From NCBI RefSeq assembly GCF_009914755.1, contig NC_060926.1: a stretch of 64,000 nt of DNA, one strand, 5' to 3'. Under the pieces are notes generated by a model. It had not been told where the DNA came from and did not search any database. It worked only from the letters and a program-made list of their open reading frames with translations. Below are positions 1 to 13,297 of the stretch, in pieces. The DNA is from the human T2T-CHM13v2.0 reference genome, Homo sapiens. Positions within the stretch are counted from its first letter, which is position 1. The number at the start of each line of letters is the position of its first letter. Both the position numbers and the translations under genes were made by a program.

Positions 1-545
1 AGGATCACTTGAGCCTACGAGTTTGAGACCAGCCTGGGCAACATAGGGACACCCTGGCTCCACACACACAAAAAAAAAAAATTAAAATATTAGCTGGATG
101 TGGTTGTGAACACCTGTAGTCCCAGCTAGTCAAGAGGTTAGGGTGAGAAGATCGCTTGAGCCCAGGAGGTTAAGGCTGCAGTGAGCAGTGACTGTGCCAC
201 TGGACTCCAGCCTAGGTGACAGCGTTGAGACCTTGTCTAAAAAAAAAAAAAAAGCCTGGTACAGTGGCTCATGCCTATAATTCCAGCATTTTAGAAGGCT
301 GAGGCAGGAGGACTGCATGAGGCCAGGAGTTCAGGACCAGCCTGGGCAACCAAGATTCTGTCTTTACCAAAAAAAAAAAACAAAGTAGCCAGGTATGGTG
401 GTGTGAGCCTGTAGTCTCAGCTACTCAGGAGGTGAAGGCAGGAGGATCACAAGATCCAAGGGCTTTCAAGGCTATGGTGAGACATGATTGTACCACTATG
501 CTCCAGCCTGGGAGACAGAGTGAGACACCCAACTCTAAAAACAAA
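1..545 (+). mobile_element. Two tandem AluJ-type elements
   Basis: Alu consensus with J-type features (GGAGGATCACTTGAGCC, GACCTTGTCT) and A-rich tails. Confidence 0.85.
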
Positions 546-1622
546 AAATATATATATACCATTTGCTTATAATTCACATGTATTAATTCCATATCCACTG
601 CTAGAGTAACTGCACTGACATGCCTTAAATGATTGCTTTTCTAGGTTTGAGAGTATTGCTACATGCAATTCAAGCAACACCTTTAAGAGCTAAATGCAGC
701 AGTTGCTGAAACCAAGATAACTCCTTTCCTTGAGCCATGATTCTAATACTAGCCCTTAAAATAGAAACAATTCCAGAATTTTTTTAGAACTGTTGTTTTA
801 CTAAGTCCTTGATTTTACACTCCTTAAAATAACTATAGATAGATTAAGCCATTCCTAACTTTACAACTGTCTGAAGAAATATGGAAAACTTCCCAAATCC
901 TTTACTATTGCATTAAAAATTTAAATAAACTCAGCAGGAATCATGAAAAAGTTCTAAGTTTCTTGAGATACAGTAAACTCTCAGAAGTTAACTCTGTAAT
1001 TATGAATCACCTTCATTTTCTTTTTTAGTAATAAGAAACAAAACCGTAACACTATGGCTGAATATCAGTAAACACATGAGTTAGGTAGTAGACCCATTTT
1101 ATAGAAGAGAAAGAAACTCTGGTATTCCAGCAAACATAAGTTTACCAATTCCTTAAATGATTCAAGAAATAAACTGAGTATCAATTAAAACATGTACCAC
1201 AATGAAGATATAAAATGATGGTGTATTAGCTCTTCAGTAATTCCTTTCAGTAGTCCTTACTTTCTGTAATGACAAGATACCTGGAAAAAATGTCATGGCC
1301 TAATATACAGGCAGCTGAAAAGTAATACTAGATGGTTAGAAGAGGCAGAAGGAGATTATCTTACAGCACCACACCAAAGGCTGAAATACCCCAAGTCTTA
1401 GTTCATAGCAGCAACTGGAAAGGCAACACTTTTCAAAAGGCAGGATGAAGAGTAGAGTAAAAAAGATGAACTCTGCAATTAACAGTCTAGTTTTCTGAAA
1501 GGATTTTGAGGCCAGAATGTGAAAATCAACACTAACATTACTAATGACAGTTGAGAAATAATTAGTAAATAGGTCTGATCACAAAGTTAAGACTACTGAA
1601 TCTTCTTAAACATCAGCCTACT

Positions 1623-1640
1623 TGTTGCCATCTACTGGGG
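1623..1640 (-). promoter_or_regulatory. Candidate CTCF site
   Basis: The minus strand reads CCAGTAGATGGCAACA, a close match to the CTCF core CCASYAGRKGGCR, in unique sequence. Confidence 0.5.
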
Positions 1641-2175
1641 GAAGGGCACAAATGCATTTGGACCTGGGGTGGAAGGGTAGAGAGCAGGGTCAAATTCCCT
1701 TGAGACTAAGCTGCTTTCCCTAGGTGGGAAGAAATGAAAATACATGCTTCATATAAAGGAAAAAATATATGAAGCTGGGTGGCTGTTTTACAGAAAAACA
1801 GGCACTCTTGTGCTACAGCAGTAAAACAGATAGACTTCACGAATATTTTTATTCTAAAGTCCACAAAATGTTGGACAATACAGCCTTCCTTACTCTACAA
1901 ACAGGTACAATTCTGAGTCATAAATCTGCATAGCTAGCATCTCTGCTTTCTACATAAGAATCAAATTAATCCAAACTGCAATTAGGAAAGTCTGTAAGAA
2001 CACACCAGAAATAAAAGCTGCTAAAGAAAGCTAAATATCATAGCTATCAGAACACTGAAAAAAATTGTTTTTAGTTTCTCTTCAGCCACCATACAACCTA
2101 ACTTCTCATTTTTAAAATCCTGTATACATACTTGTATAAAAGTAATGGTATCTGTTAAAGGATATAAAACTGTGC

Positions 2176-2415
2176 TAGATAGGAAGAGTATGTTCTCCTG
2201 TTCTATTCCACTGCAGGGTGACTATAGTTTAATATACAGTTTCAAATAGCTAGAGGGAAGATATTGAATGTCCCAACACAAAGAAATAATAAGTGTCTGT
2301 GATGATGGTATGCTAATTACCCTGGTCTGACTACTATACATTGTATGTATTGACACATTACTAAGTGCCCCATAAATACATACATATTATGTGTCAAAAT
2401 AAAATTTTAAAAACA
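2176..2415 (+). mobile_element. L1MA 3'UTR fragment
   Basis: TTTCAAATAGCTAGA…GAATGTCCCAACACAAAGAAAT…GATGGTATGCTAATTACCCTG followed by an A-rich end. Confidence 0.75.
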
Positions 2416-5400
2416 ATTAAAGGGGTAACAACTCTACTATGCAGAGTGCAAAGCGAATATTTTATTAGAATATTTAATTTGATTAAACTATGTAATATTA
2501 ATTTGTACTTTTTAAAAGTATTTACATATTTATCCCAGAGTCAGTAATGGCTAGAAAAAAAAAACCAGAAGTATTTAAATATTTAAGCCACAATTCACTT
2601 TTGTTTTAAACATAATTTCACTGTATTGAACGCTAAGCAAAAGTTTCCCTATATAAGACTTACAAATTACTGAGGACAACTCACAAAAAATCATGCATTA
2701 GGTATCAAAAAGTATTTTGAATTACAAAAAATCTGAACAAACAACAGTTGAATGTGCTGAGACAAAATGACTGATAGCTTCCACTAAAGGAAGACTTCTG
2801 TGTCCAACAGAGGACTGGTGTGGGTCATTTAGACAATAAACCAGCTTCTGCTTATTTAACATTTTAAACAACAGGAAAAAACAAGAAGTTTTACCTTCAC
2901 TACTTCTATCTCCTCCAAAACTTAATACAAAAACTTTTATATGTAGTATCAGAAAGGGAAGCACTGTCATAAAAAATGACATCTAAAAGCACTTTTATTT
3001 TTGTTTTCAGTTCATTCATAAATATTTTTGTACACCTTTTTCACATCACCTATTCAGGGATCAACAATCATTCAACATAATCTGTTAAATCTAATTCCGT
3101 GATCTCCCATTTAAGAACTTCAATAATCTCAGCCCAATTTCCTGTTATTTCATATATATGGACCCTCTACTCCAGAGAGCCCATTTACCTTAATATTAGA
3201 TCCTCACCACAATTACACCTTTAAGCTCCCCATTCTTCTATATCTTCCTCCAAACAATCAGGGCCAGTTTAAGCCCCTCTCTCTTCATAGTCTTCCTAAG
3301 TAACTTCAACCCAGAACTGAACCTCTCTAAACTTCCAAGTACCCACTGTATAAAACTCGATCTTGTACTTAATAACAAATATGCACAATGTTAGATGTTG
3401 TGTGCTGTAGTCGTAAGTTTCAACTCATCTACAACAAAGTACATTTCAAGATAAGGAATCTCCTTTTATAAATCTCTTCTTTTTCAGCACCCTCTAAGAG
3501 GGCAGATCTTGTATGGAACCAGATATGCACTCACATTAGCTGCTGATGAGTATTTGTTTTTGTTTTTTGAGACAGAGTCTCACTCTGTGGCCTAGACTGG
3601 AGTGCAGTGGCATGACGCACTGCAGCCTCAACTTCCTGGGTTCAAGCAATCCTCCCAAGTAGCTGGGGCTACAGGCATGCACCACCACATCAGGCTAATT
3701 TTTTATTTTTAGTAGAGATGATGTCTTGCTGTGTTGCCTAGGTTGGTCCTGAACTCCTGGGCTCAAATCATCCTCCTGCCTCAGCCTCCCTAGGGGTTGG
3801 AATTACAGGCATGAGCCACAGCACCTGGCTGAATATTTGTAAATGAAGATGCTTCAACAATTTATTTAGTATAGCCACAAATCATGCCCTAATTCATGTT
3901 TCTTAATTTACATTCTAATATCAGATTTTCTAAATGCAGAAAATCTACATTTAGAATTTTACAGAATATTTCTCTATGCTAAATACTATACTCCTATATA
4001 CAGTTTTAGACAAATAAGCTGTGATGGAATAAGATAAATATCAACTATATGAAACATAACAGAACTTGGAAGACAAGGAATAAGTTTCAGGTCCCTTTTA
4101 TATTCTGTCAAGCACAATTGTGGCACACAGTAAGCACTTGATAAATATGTATTGATAAATAAATCATCATCTACTAATAAACATCATCTCCAAATGCTAA
4201 ATTTGGGGTAACCAACTAACTAAAATATTCTAGGGTCTTAACAATTCCTTAAGTAGCTGATTTTAATGAGCCTAATTTTGAAAAATTTATATTCTACACT
4301 CAGCTGCCAACCCCTGAAAAATGAAAACAAGCAAGTAAATTATGGCAAACGATGCTAATATTATTTCACAACATCGTTTCTCAATGTGTCACACCAGAAC
4401 ACACTACCACGTACACCTACCATGTACAATGCATTATGTTGGAAGCCTTGTGCTAGACACTGTGAAGATAAAAGAATGAGATCTCTACCTTGAAGAGGCC
4501 AAAAACCCAGTTAAGTTAAAATGTAAACAACTAATTATGTAAGACAGAACGTGAAAGTCATCCTGAAATATGTTACAGAAGGAGAATAGGAGAGTAAGGA
4601 GTAAAAATTTTAAAGGAGTCACTGGAAGAAAGTTAAGTGTAAGTATATATATTTCTAAGAGATACAGGCCAGGCGCGGTGGCTCACACTTGTAATCCCAG
4701 CACTTTGGGAAGCCGAGGTGGGTGGATTGCCTGAGGTCAGGAGTTGGAGACCAGTCTACAATCCCAGCTACTCAGGAGGCTGAGGCAGGGAATCGCTTGA
4801 ACCAAGGAGGTGGAGGTGGAGGCTGCAGTGAGTCGGGATCGCACCACTGCACTCCAGCCTGGGCGGCAAAGCAAAACTCTGCCTCAAAAAATAAAAATAA
4901 TAATAAAAATAATAGATACAAGATGTGAGAGGGGGTGTCAATTCAAGTAGACAAAAAACCAAAGCAAAAATGCTAAAAAGTTGCTGGGTGTGTTCAGAGA
5001 GGAAGAAACAGTTCAATCTGATTGCAGCCAAGGATGTAAAACAGAATTACGAAACACTGGGGTCTGAGAAGTTGACAGCATTTGCATATATTTCCTATTT
5101 ACAAGGCTACTAGAAGCACTTGGTTTTTGAGAATCAAAAAAAGTAGGGGACATTCATATGATCTCTATGAACCTGCTCTCTAAGGACACAAAGTAGCTTA
5201 AATTACAACTGAAGAGAGAATTTCAAGAGATGGGCTACTGTGAAAACTCACTTTAGGTTTCCAGGGCATCGCACATGTTTACCAGTATAAAATCTTTAAA
5301 TTAAGTTCATCTGACCTTAAGAACACAGCACAAGGTACATCTATTTATTCAGAGCACTGCCCACGGCTAGAGTGAGTAGGAGTTTTGAAGTCAGGGTAGA

Positions 5401-5623
5401 ACTCATTGGTTATGACAGCCAACAAGTTGATTAAAATACACACTGAAATGCTGTAACTTCAAGTCTTGAAGGCTTGTTGATGGACACTTAGGCTTATAAA
5501 TAGCCTTCAAAAATCCATGTATGGGTAATAACACCATATTTATAGAAATATGTACATGCTCTCTAAAAAGAAACAAACAGAATAAACTACAATGATGTAT
5601 ACTATTATAAATTGGAAACACTA

Positions 5624-5869
<246 letters not shown>

Positions 5870-7077
5870 TTACAAGTGAGCCAAGATTGCGCCACTGCAC
5901 TCCAATCTGGACAACACAGCGAAACTCAATCTCAAAAAAAAAACTTATTTAGGTCCTCAATGTACTTTATCAACTATTACATGCACATAATGGTCAATTA
6001 AAGAGTAACAAAATGGCTTGCCCTAATTCTTTTTAAAATGTATGATTTAAAGTAACTTGCAGTCTCCAAAATATATACTGACTAAAAGTCTCAAAGTCAT
6101 TTTAGCATTAACGATGCAAAATAAGAATCAAAATTTTAAAAATAGGACATTAAGCCATTACAAAATATTTCCACTTACAGTATCTTATTTTATTTTCACA
6201 AGACTTATTCTGTCAACAAACGCTTAATCCCTATCATGGGCCAGCTACTGTGCTAGATGCAGAGATAAAAAGGGACACTACTTGGGATTAGTGTCCTTAT
6301 AAAAGTTAAAAAAAGAAGGGTGAGGGCTAAAGACTTTAAAGAATTCATAATCAACTAAGGAATACTATTGTATACTAAAAAAAAAAAAAATTTTTTGAGA
6401 CAGGGTCTCACGGTCACCCAGGCTGGAGTGCAGTGGCACAATTACAGCTCAGCACAGCTTCCATCTCCCAGGCTCAAGCAATCCTCTCACCTCAGCCTCC
6501 CAGGTAGCTGAAGACTACAGGCATGTGCCACCATGCCCAGCTAATTTTTTACTTTTAGTAGCAACAAGGTCTCTACTAAGTTGCTCAGGCTAGTCTCAAA
6601 CTCCTGGGCTCAAGTGATCCTCCTGCCTCAGCCTCCCAAAGTTCTGGAATTACAGGCATGAGCCACTGGGTCAAATGTTTCAAGTAGGATACCTATGCAT
6701 ATAACAGAGGTATGTTCGAGTTAAAAGAGTTTTAACAAATGAGGCAATGGTCCACAGTACTGTAAACAAGTGGAGAAAGGGCCTTGTGTTCCAATTCATC
6801 TGTGGAGCCTAATCTAAATACAGAATGTCTAGCATATAAATGACAACTGACTCTACATTAGGTGGTAATAATCAAATTTTTCAGATTAGGCACTTGAAGC
6901 TCACAAAGTACTAAGTTAAATTATTTGCCCAAGGTTACAAAGATGGGAAATGCATAGCCAGGATTGGAACCTAAGTCTTGCCTTCAAATCAGATAATCAC
7001 TTGAACAGTGCTATTAAGGAAAACACACAGTAGCAGGTATTTTTCACTCTAGACCATTTGAATGACTTTTTAAATCA

Positions 7078-7392
<315 letters not shown>

Positions 7393-7781
7393 CTAAAAGG
7401 CCTCAGAGAAAAATGACTGAACAGACTTATTTCAGTCTAGGAAACCTCTTTTTGCCAATAACCTAAAACTATCAGTAAGTTAGGATATTAAAGAACTACA
7501 TTTTTAAAAAACCCAAGACATTAGCAGAGTTAAATTTTACTTAAAAAAAAAAAAAAGAAAAATCAAGGGACAGGTCTAGCATCGGTATACTTATCTATTT
7601 ATTACAAATAACAGCAAGCATCCATTATGCACAGAGAAACCCAGCAGAGAGGTAGAGAACAACTGCTTTGAGGTTATGTCTTCAAGTCTGTAACACAGCT
7701 GCTGAAATGATACACAAGTACCAAAAGAAAATACACAAGTAAAGCTTACATTACACTACACGTTAAGAATTACCAAGCACT

Positions 7782-8109
<328 letters not shown>

Positions 8110-9589
8110 ACCAAGCACTAAGATTATATACAACAATCTAAAAATTATATTTATTCTGTAACATCCACCAGATTTTTACTCTTCCACCCTATCTGGCCTG
8201 GACTCTCCTCAGGCTTGGCCTTATTAACTAAAGCTTGGCCTATGAAAAAAGTGGCACAGAATAATCCACTGGCTTAACACTAAAACATGGCAGTGACAGT
8301 TGATATCCATCCAGGCACTCTAATGGCACGTTAGTCAGGGGAGATGTGAAGAGGCCCTGATCACTGAACCAACCAAGAGAAAGCATTCTGAAGAATCTGC
8401 TGGGGTCAAAGAACCCTTCCAAGCAGGTTGGAGTCCAGTGGCATGATCATAACTATTAACTTCAAATCTCTGGGTTCAAGCAATACTTCCGCTTCAGCCT
8501 CCAAAGTTGCCTAGAACTACTGATGCATGCCACCATGCCCAGCTAACTTTTTTTTTCTTTTTTGTGGAGACAGTCTCACTATGTTGCCTGGGCTACAACT
8601 CCTAGCCTCAAGCGATCCTCCCACGTCCTCACCTCCAGTGCCACCTCACCCAGACCAATCAGGTTTATTAGTATACCTTCACACATACCACATTGACATG
8701 AAATCATCCTTGCCCTCAGGAAGCCTACAGTCCAATCAGGGAAACAAAAGCAACACATGTCAACAAATGCAATACTGTAATGCAGAAACGAAGCAAGTAC
8801 AGTTAATCAGAAATACAAAGATCACAGGTAGAAACTTGTTCGAGGAAGTGATCTGAAGACATGAGTTGTAAGTTGTTCTTCACATCCTTTATCTTCTATG
8901 TTTTTCTGTACATAGTGGGTGCTTGCTTGATTTAAATGAGGGAAAAGTCCATGTCAAACAGGCAATTGCAAGGAATGATTTCAGTGAAGATTAAAAAACC
9001 AAGTAGGTTGCTGTTTTGACTTGAGTCCATCAAATAGCAAACAAAAAAATAAAGGAGCAACTGGTATCACATTTGCTCAAAAAGATCCCTACCCATCCAC
9101 TTAAAAGGGGGGAAAGTTCCCTAGGTTCTGTAAAGAAAACAGTGACCAAGATTCAGAAGCATTATTCCCTAATTGTAATCTCTTACATTAAGTCAATTTC
9201 ATTAGAGTCACAAACCAGAACAGGTACTTTGTCAATAAAAAACGTAAATGAATTTGAAGTTTCTTTAAACATATTAACAAGTTTTTTCAGTAGAATGTAT
9301 GGCAAACAAGTATCTGGCATGCTGATACCAAAAAAAGAAGGTAACTTTAAAAAGACAAAAATGAGACCCAAATTCTACTACCAATTAAGCAGCAATTTCA
9401 AATTATGAAGTTCTATAACTCTGTACCTTCAACCTAGTTTACATTAATTCTCCCCTGCCCCATGGACCACCACGACTAATGAGAAGCTGTATCTTTTAAA
9501 AATGACCTCAAAACAGCTCATGTAATTTTCTAAAATTAATTTATTTAGCATGTTGTTTTTTTTCAGTCATTACATCTGTTGGGTCTCAC

Positions 9590-9725
9590 AACCACCCAGT
9601 GAGGTAAAATAGAGATTACCCACTCCCATTTTACAGATAAAATAAATGAAGACCAGATAGGTTAAGTGACTAGCTCAAGGTCACAAAGCTACTAACTGGT
9701 AGTGTGTGAATTTCCAAGCCAGTGA
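9590..9725 (-). mobile_element. MIR fragment
   Basis: CCCATTTTACAGATAAAATAAATGAAGACCAGATAGGTTAAGTGACTAGCTCAAGGTCACA is the MIR core. Similar cores occur at ~6850-6990 and ~49530-49670. Confidence 0.7.
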
Positions 9726-12042
9726 TGTTTTCCTTGCTAAGATGAAAACCTTAAAATAAAGCAGGATATTAAAACCTTGTCTAGATAACATAAATACAAT
9801 AATCTTACAAGTTACACTGGGGCCGGCGTGGTGGCTCTCCCCTGCAATCCCAGCACTTTGGGTGACCAAGGCAGGCGGATCACCTGAGAGGTCGGGAGTT
9901 CGAGACCAGCCTGGCCAACATGGTGAAACTCTGTCTCTACTAAAAATGCAAAAATTAGCCGGGCGTGGTGGCGCGTGCCTGTAATCTCAGCTACTCAGGA
10001 GGCTGAGGCAGGAGAATCGCTTGAACCAGGAGGCAGAGGTTGCATTAAGCCTACACTGCACCACTGCACTCCAGCCTAGGCGACAGAGCAAGATTCTGCT
10101 TTAAAAAAAAAAAAAGTTACAATGGGAAAGGAATCATACATGGAATCATACATTACTACAAATTTACTTTGCCAGGTGAAAGTACTGATTTTACCGTGAT
10201 CTACCTAGCATCCCATTCGTTTTTTAAATGTAACTACTTTAGTTTAGCACCTTCTGGAACCTAACTGCCAAAATTGTTCTCAAACTTTTTGAAAGTAAAT
10301 GAAAAAAAAAAAGAAAAATAAAGCCTGTTCATAGACTCAAACTAAGTAGTATAAATGTCAGCTGAACAGACTTAAAAACTGCTCACACTCCAGAAAAACT
10401 GGGGATTGAATGGAAACAATGATAATCTTAATTACAGTTTTCCAATTCTTATGGATATTGGCACATTCATAGAAAGGCAGACATGTACAAAGCCCACAAA
10501 CCCCAATCATATTATGTACTCTTAAGCTTAAAATAAAACTCCCTCAATCTCACAAAGATAGTCACAGCAGTTCAACATTTCTGGGGCTGAACACACAGCA
10601 GGAAGTGTCAAAAGAAAGAATTAGAAATTCTGTATACTTTAAAACTTACACTTAATATTGATCACTTTGCATGTGGTAAATATGAAAATCAGCCTCAATA
10701 AAATCCTCTACAATTTATTGTCTCTAAACCTCTGCTAATTCCATTCCTCAACCCCCCCGGGGTGTAAATGCGACACACACAGGCCTCATATACAGGCCTC
10801 TTGCCTTTTTTTCTAACACAACTAGGACCTTTGTTCTGAGCGTCGTTTTACCCCACTCAATAGCTCTTTCAACTTTCTACCCCGTATTTTTTGTTTTGTT
10901 TTTAAAGAGGAGACTCTGAGACTCAACTTGCTAGGTCTTTAAAAAATGAAATGCCAAAAATACCTAATGAGACTCTCGAGAGGAACATAAAGTTAAACAC
11001 ATCACTAAAGGGCCTACAAAACGGAGTAAAGCCCGGAGATCGGGTGATCTGGCAGCCCAGGCAAGATCGAGGACCGCGACTAGGAAAGGAGACAGCAGGA
11101 GAGCAGTTAGACGTCCACTTAGAACGGATTCACTGCGCTATTAACCGTACCCGCCTCCCCCCGCACCGGCCCAACCTTTACACACAAACACATTCCCTCC
11201 CCCAATTAACTAAAGAAGCAATTAAACTATGCCCACCACCAGACTCGATGCTTAGGCTAAACCTCCCCCAAAGTAAAACAGCATTATCAAAAAAACACAA
11301 CATTTGTCTTAAGGGTTTGGAAGCTGCCCCTTCCGTTATCTCCTCACCACGTAAGGTAACCAATTCCCTCCTGTCCCCCACCAGGAGTTCAAAGTGTGAT
11401 TTCCCCCCGATTTACATGTGTTTTTATGTTTTTCCGCATTTTTCCGTCTAGGAAATGAAGGATTTCTTATTCTGAGGAAGGGAGAGACGCCGAGGAAGAC
11501 AGGATTTGAGGTTTTACTACCTTCGTTATTCGAACTCCCCTCTAACTTGTTCCTGTACTAGAAACCCACTCACTATGGAGAAGGAAGGAGAGGGGCTGAA
11601 CTGATGGACAAACGTTGTAAATAATAGGTTTTATGTAATCCACATATAAATAAATTAATCGCCTGACTCGCTCTGAATGCTAATACGATTGGGGTGACAA
11701 TTGGCCCACCTCCCTCCCCCAAGTCCTAGTTAAACCCACCTACCACCAATTTCCATTCTGATCTATTTAAAAGGATACTCTATTCCTCTCAGTCAAGTTT
11801 CTCGGCTTCTTTAGGCCTCCCTGCATGCCCCCCTCGTCATCATCCTCCCTCAGCCTCAACTTCCCACGGCTTAAAAAACTGCCCCGCGCAGACCCCGTCT
11901 CCGGGCTCGCCCTCCCTCAACCGTCCCTCGCCGTCCCCCTGGGCAGGAAACCCCTTACTGCGGTCTAAAGTCTCTCTGGCCTCTCCCTTCTCTGACCCTC
12001 GCTTCCCACAACTGTTGTCACTGGAGCTGCTTCCTAGTTTCC

Positions 12043-12206
12043 ATTTCCGGGCCGTCCACGGCCCCGGAGCCTCCCCTTTCCCGATTTCCGGGCCCCTCGT
12101 CCCATTTCCGGGGAACCCTTGCCGTCTTCACACCCCCCACCTGCACTTCCGGCCCCCCACTTTCTCTCTTCCCAGACACCCTCCAAGCTCCAAAGCCCAC
12201 TTCCGG
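12043..12206 (-). promoter_or_regulatory. Cluster of five co-oriented ETS/GABPA-type motifs (CCGGAART)
   Basis: ATTTCCGG at 12043, 12084 and 12104; ACTTCCGG at 12145 and 12199. Confidence 0.65.
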
Positions 12207-12567
12207 CCCCCCTTGGTCCCCGCCGAGCTCCCCAACACCCGCAAGCCTTACCCCGGTTCTGTGAAGGGCCCTCCTCATTGCGGGAAGCCGGAGGAGGGAC
12301 CCAGCGACCCCTACCTCCCGCCAGGCCCCGGTCCCTCCGGCCGCGGCCGCCCTCGAGCGTCTCTCCCGTCCACCCCCGGCCCGGTCCTTCCGCGGCCCCG
12401 CCGCCGCCGGCGCCGGGAGCAGGCCAAGCGGGGGCCGAATCGCGGCGATGACACAACCGGGCTTCCTGGGACTTTCTGTTCCAGCTCCTCCCCCCGCCCC
12501 CCCAACCCCTCAGCTGGCCCCCTCCCCCAAGGCTTGCCCCCGCCGCCCAGAGCTGCGCCCCAATTAC

Positions 12568-12740
12568 CTAGTTAGGCCCCAAAGTCTCCGGTCCGGACTC
12601 GGTGGCGCGGCAGTAACTTCCACTAGCTCCCCCCACCCCCCCCAGCGGCGCGGCGGCGGCGGCTCCGGGTTCCTTCAATTATCAGCTGAGCCGCAGCACC
12701 GCGCCCGGCGTGCGCCTCCGCCCGTGCCGCCTCCCTCCCC
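12568..12740 (-). other. TRIP12: Non-coding 5'UTR first exon of the divergent gene, probably TRIP12 (HECT E3 ligase); 5' boundary approximate
   Basis: Minus-strand donor TAG|GTAATT at 12568/12567 and a GC-rich exon body (…GCTAGTGGAAGTTACTGCCGCGCCACCGAGTCCGGACCGGAGACTTTGGGGCCTAACTAG). The gene name comes from the recalled head-to-head TRIP12/FBXO36 arrangement at 2q36.3; no TRIP12 coding sequence is in the window. Confidence 0.75.
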
Positions 12741-13154
12741 GCCTGCTCTGACACCCTCGGGGAACTACTTTGTCCTCGGGCTCCGGTTACGGGCTCGTCC
12801 GCGGGACCGGCCCCGCTGCCTACTGGCGGCCCATCACATCGCCCCTCCCTCCCACGCCTCCCGGCTCGACTCTCTCAGCAGCCTCCGATCTCCGCCCGAT
12901 CCCTTCGAGGGACCAGGAAGGGGACTGTGGAGATCTACTTGGTATCCCTCCGCCGGGGTCACCCCCTCCCCTCCGTGGTAGCAGGAACTAATTCCCCCTC
13001 GGGTCACCCGGGACCTGGAGCTGGAAATTTCACGGATCAGGGTTCCCTAAGACCCTTGGAAGAGGGGACGATCGCCCCAAGTTAGAAATCCTTCTGCCAG
13101 CTCATAAGCGTGGTTCAATTTAAACTAGGGTTTTGGCCCCTTGACCCCAACCAA

Positions 13155-13164
13155 GCCCCGCCCC
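13155..13164 (+). promoter_or_regulatory. GC box (Sp/KLF site)
   Basis: GCCCCGCCCC about 40 nt upstream of the FBXO36 ATG. Confidence 0.6.
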
Positions 13165-13197
13165 TTCCTGGTTGTCTTAGCGACGGCGGTGGCGTCC

Positions 13198-13209
13198 CAA
13201 GATGGCGTC
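13198..13209 (+). promoter_or_regulatory. YY1 motif overlapping the FBXO36 start codon
   Basis: CAAGATGGCGTC matches the YY1 consensus CAAGATGGCGGC at 11 of 12 positions. Confidence 0.6.
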
Positions 13210-13297
13210 GTGGCTGCCGGAGACTCTCTTTGAAACTGTAGGACAAGGCCCGCCGCCTAGCAAAGACTATTACCAGTTACTGGTCACCCGGTCTCAG
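13202..13297 (+). CDS. FBXO36: FBXO36 coding exon 1 (codons 1-32); the rest of the gene lies beyond the window
   Basis: Translation MASWLPETLFETVGQGPPPSKDYYQLLVTRSQ matches the recalled N-terminus of human F-box protein 36. The ATG has a strong Kozak context (AAGATGG) inside a CpG island. The exon ends in phase 0 at CAG|GCAAGT. Confidence 0.92.

Noticed and set aside
10951-11451. 166-aa ATG-initiated ORF in unique sequence at the island shore
   Set aside because: It resembles no protein I know and is antisense to the intron, with no supporting splice or expression evidence. Ribo-seq or PhyloCSF would be needed to support it.
12692-12712. REST/RE1-like CAGCACCGCG
   Set aside because: Only the left half-site matches; the GGACAG half is absent.
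12015-12991. Several long Pro/Arg/Gly-rich ORFs on both strands
   Set aside because: Stop codons are scarce in GC-rich CpG islands; these are low complexity with no recognisable domain.
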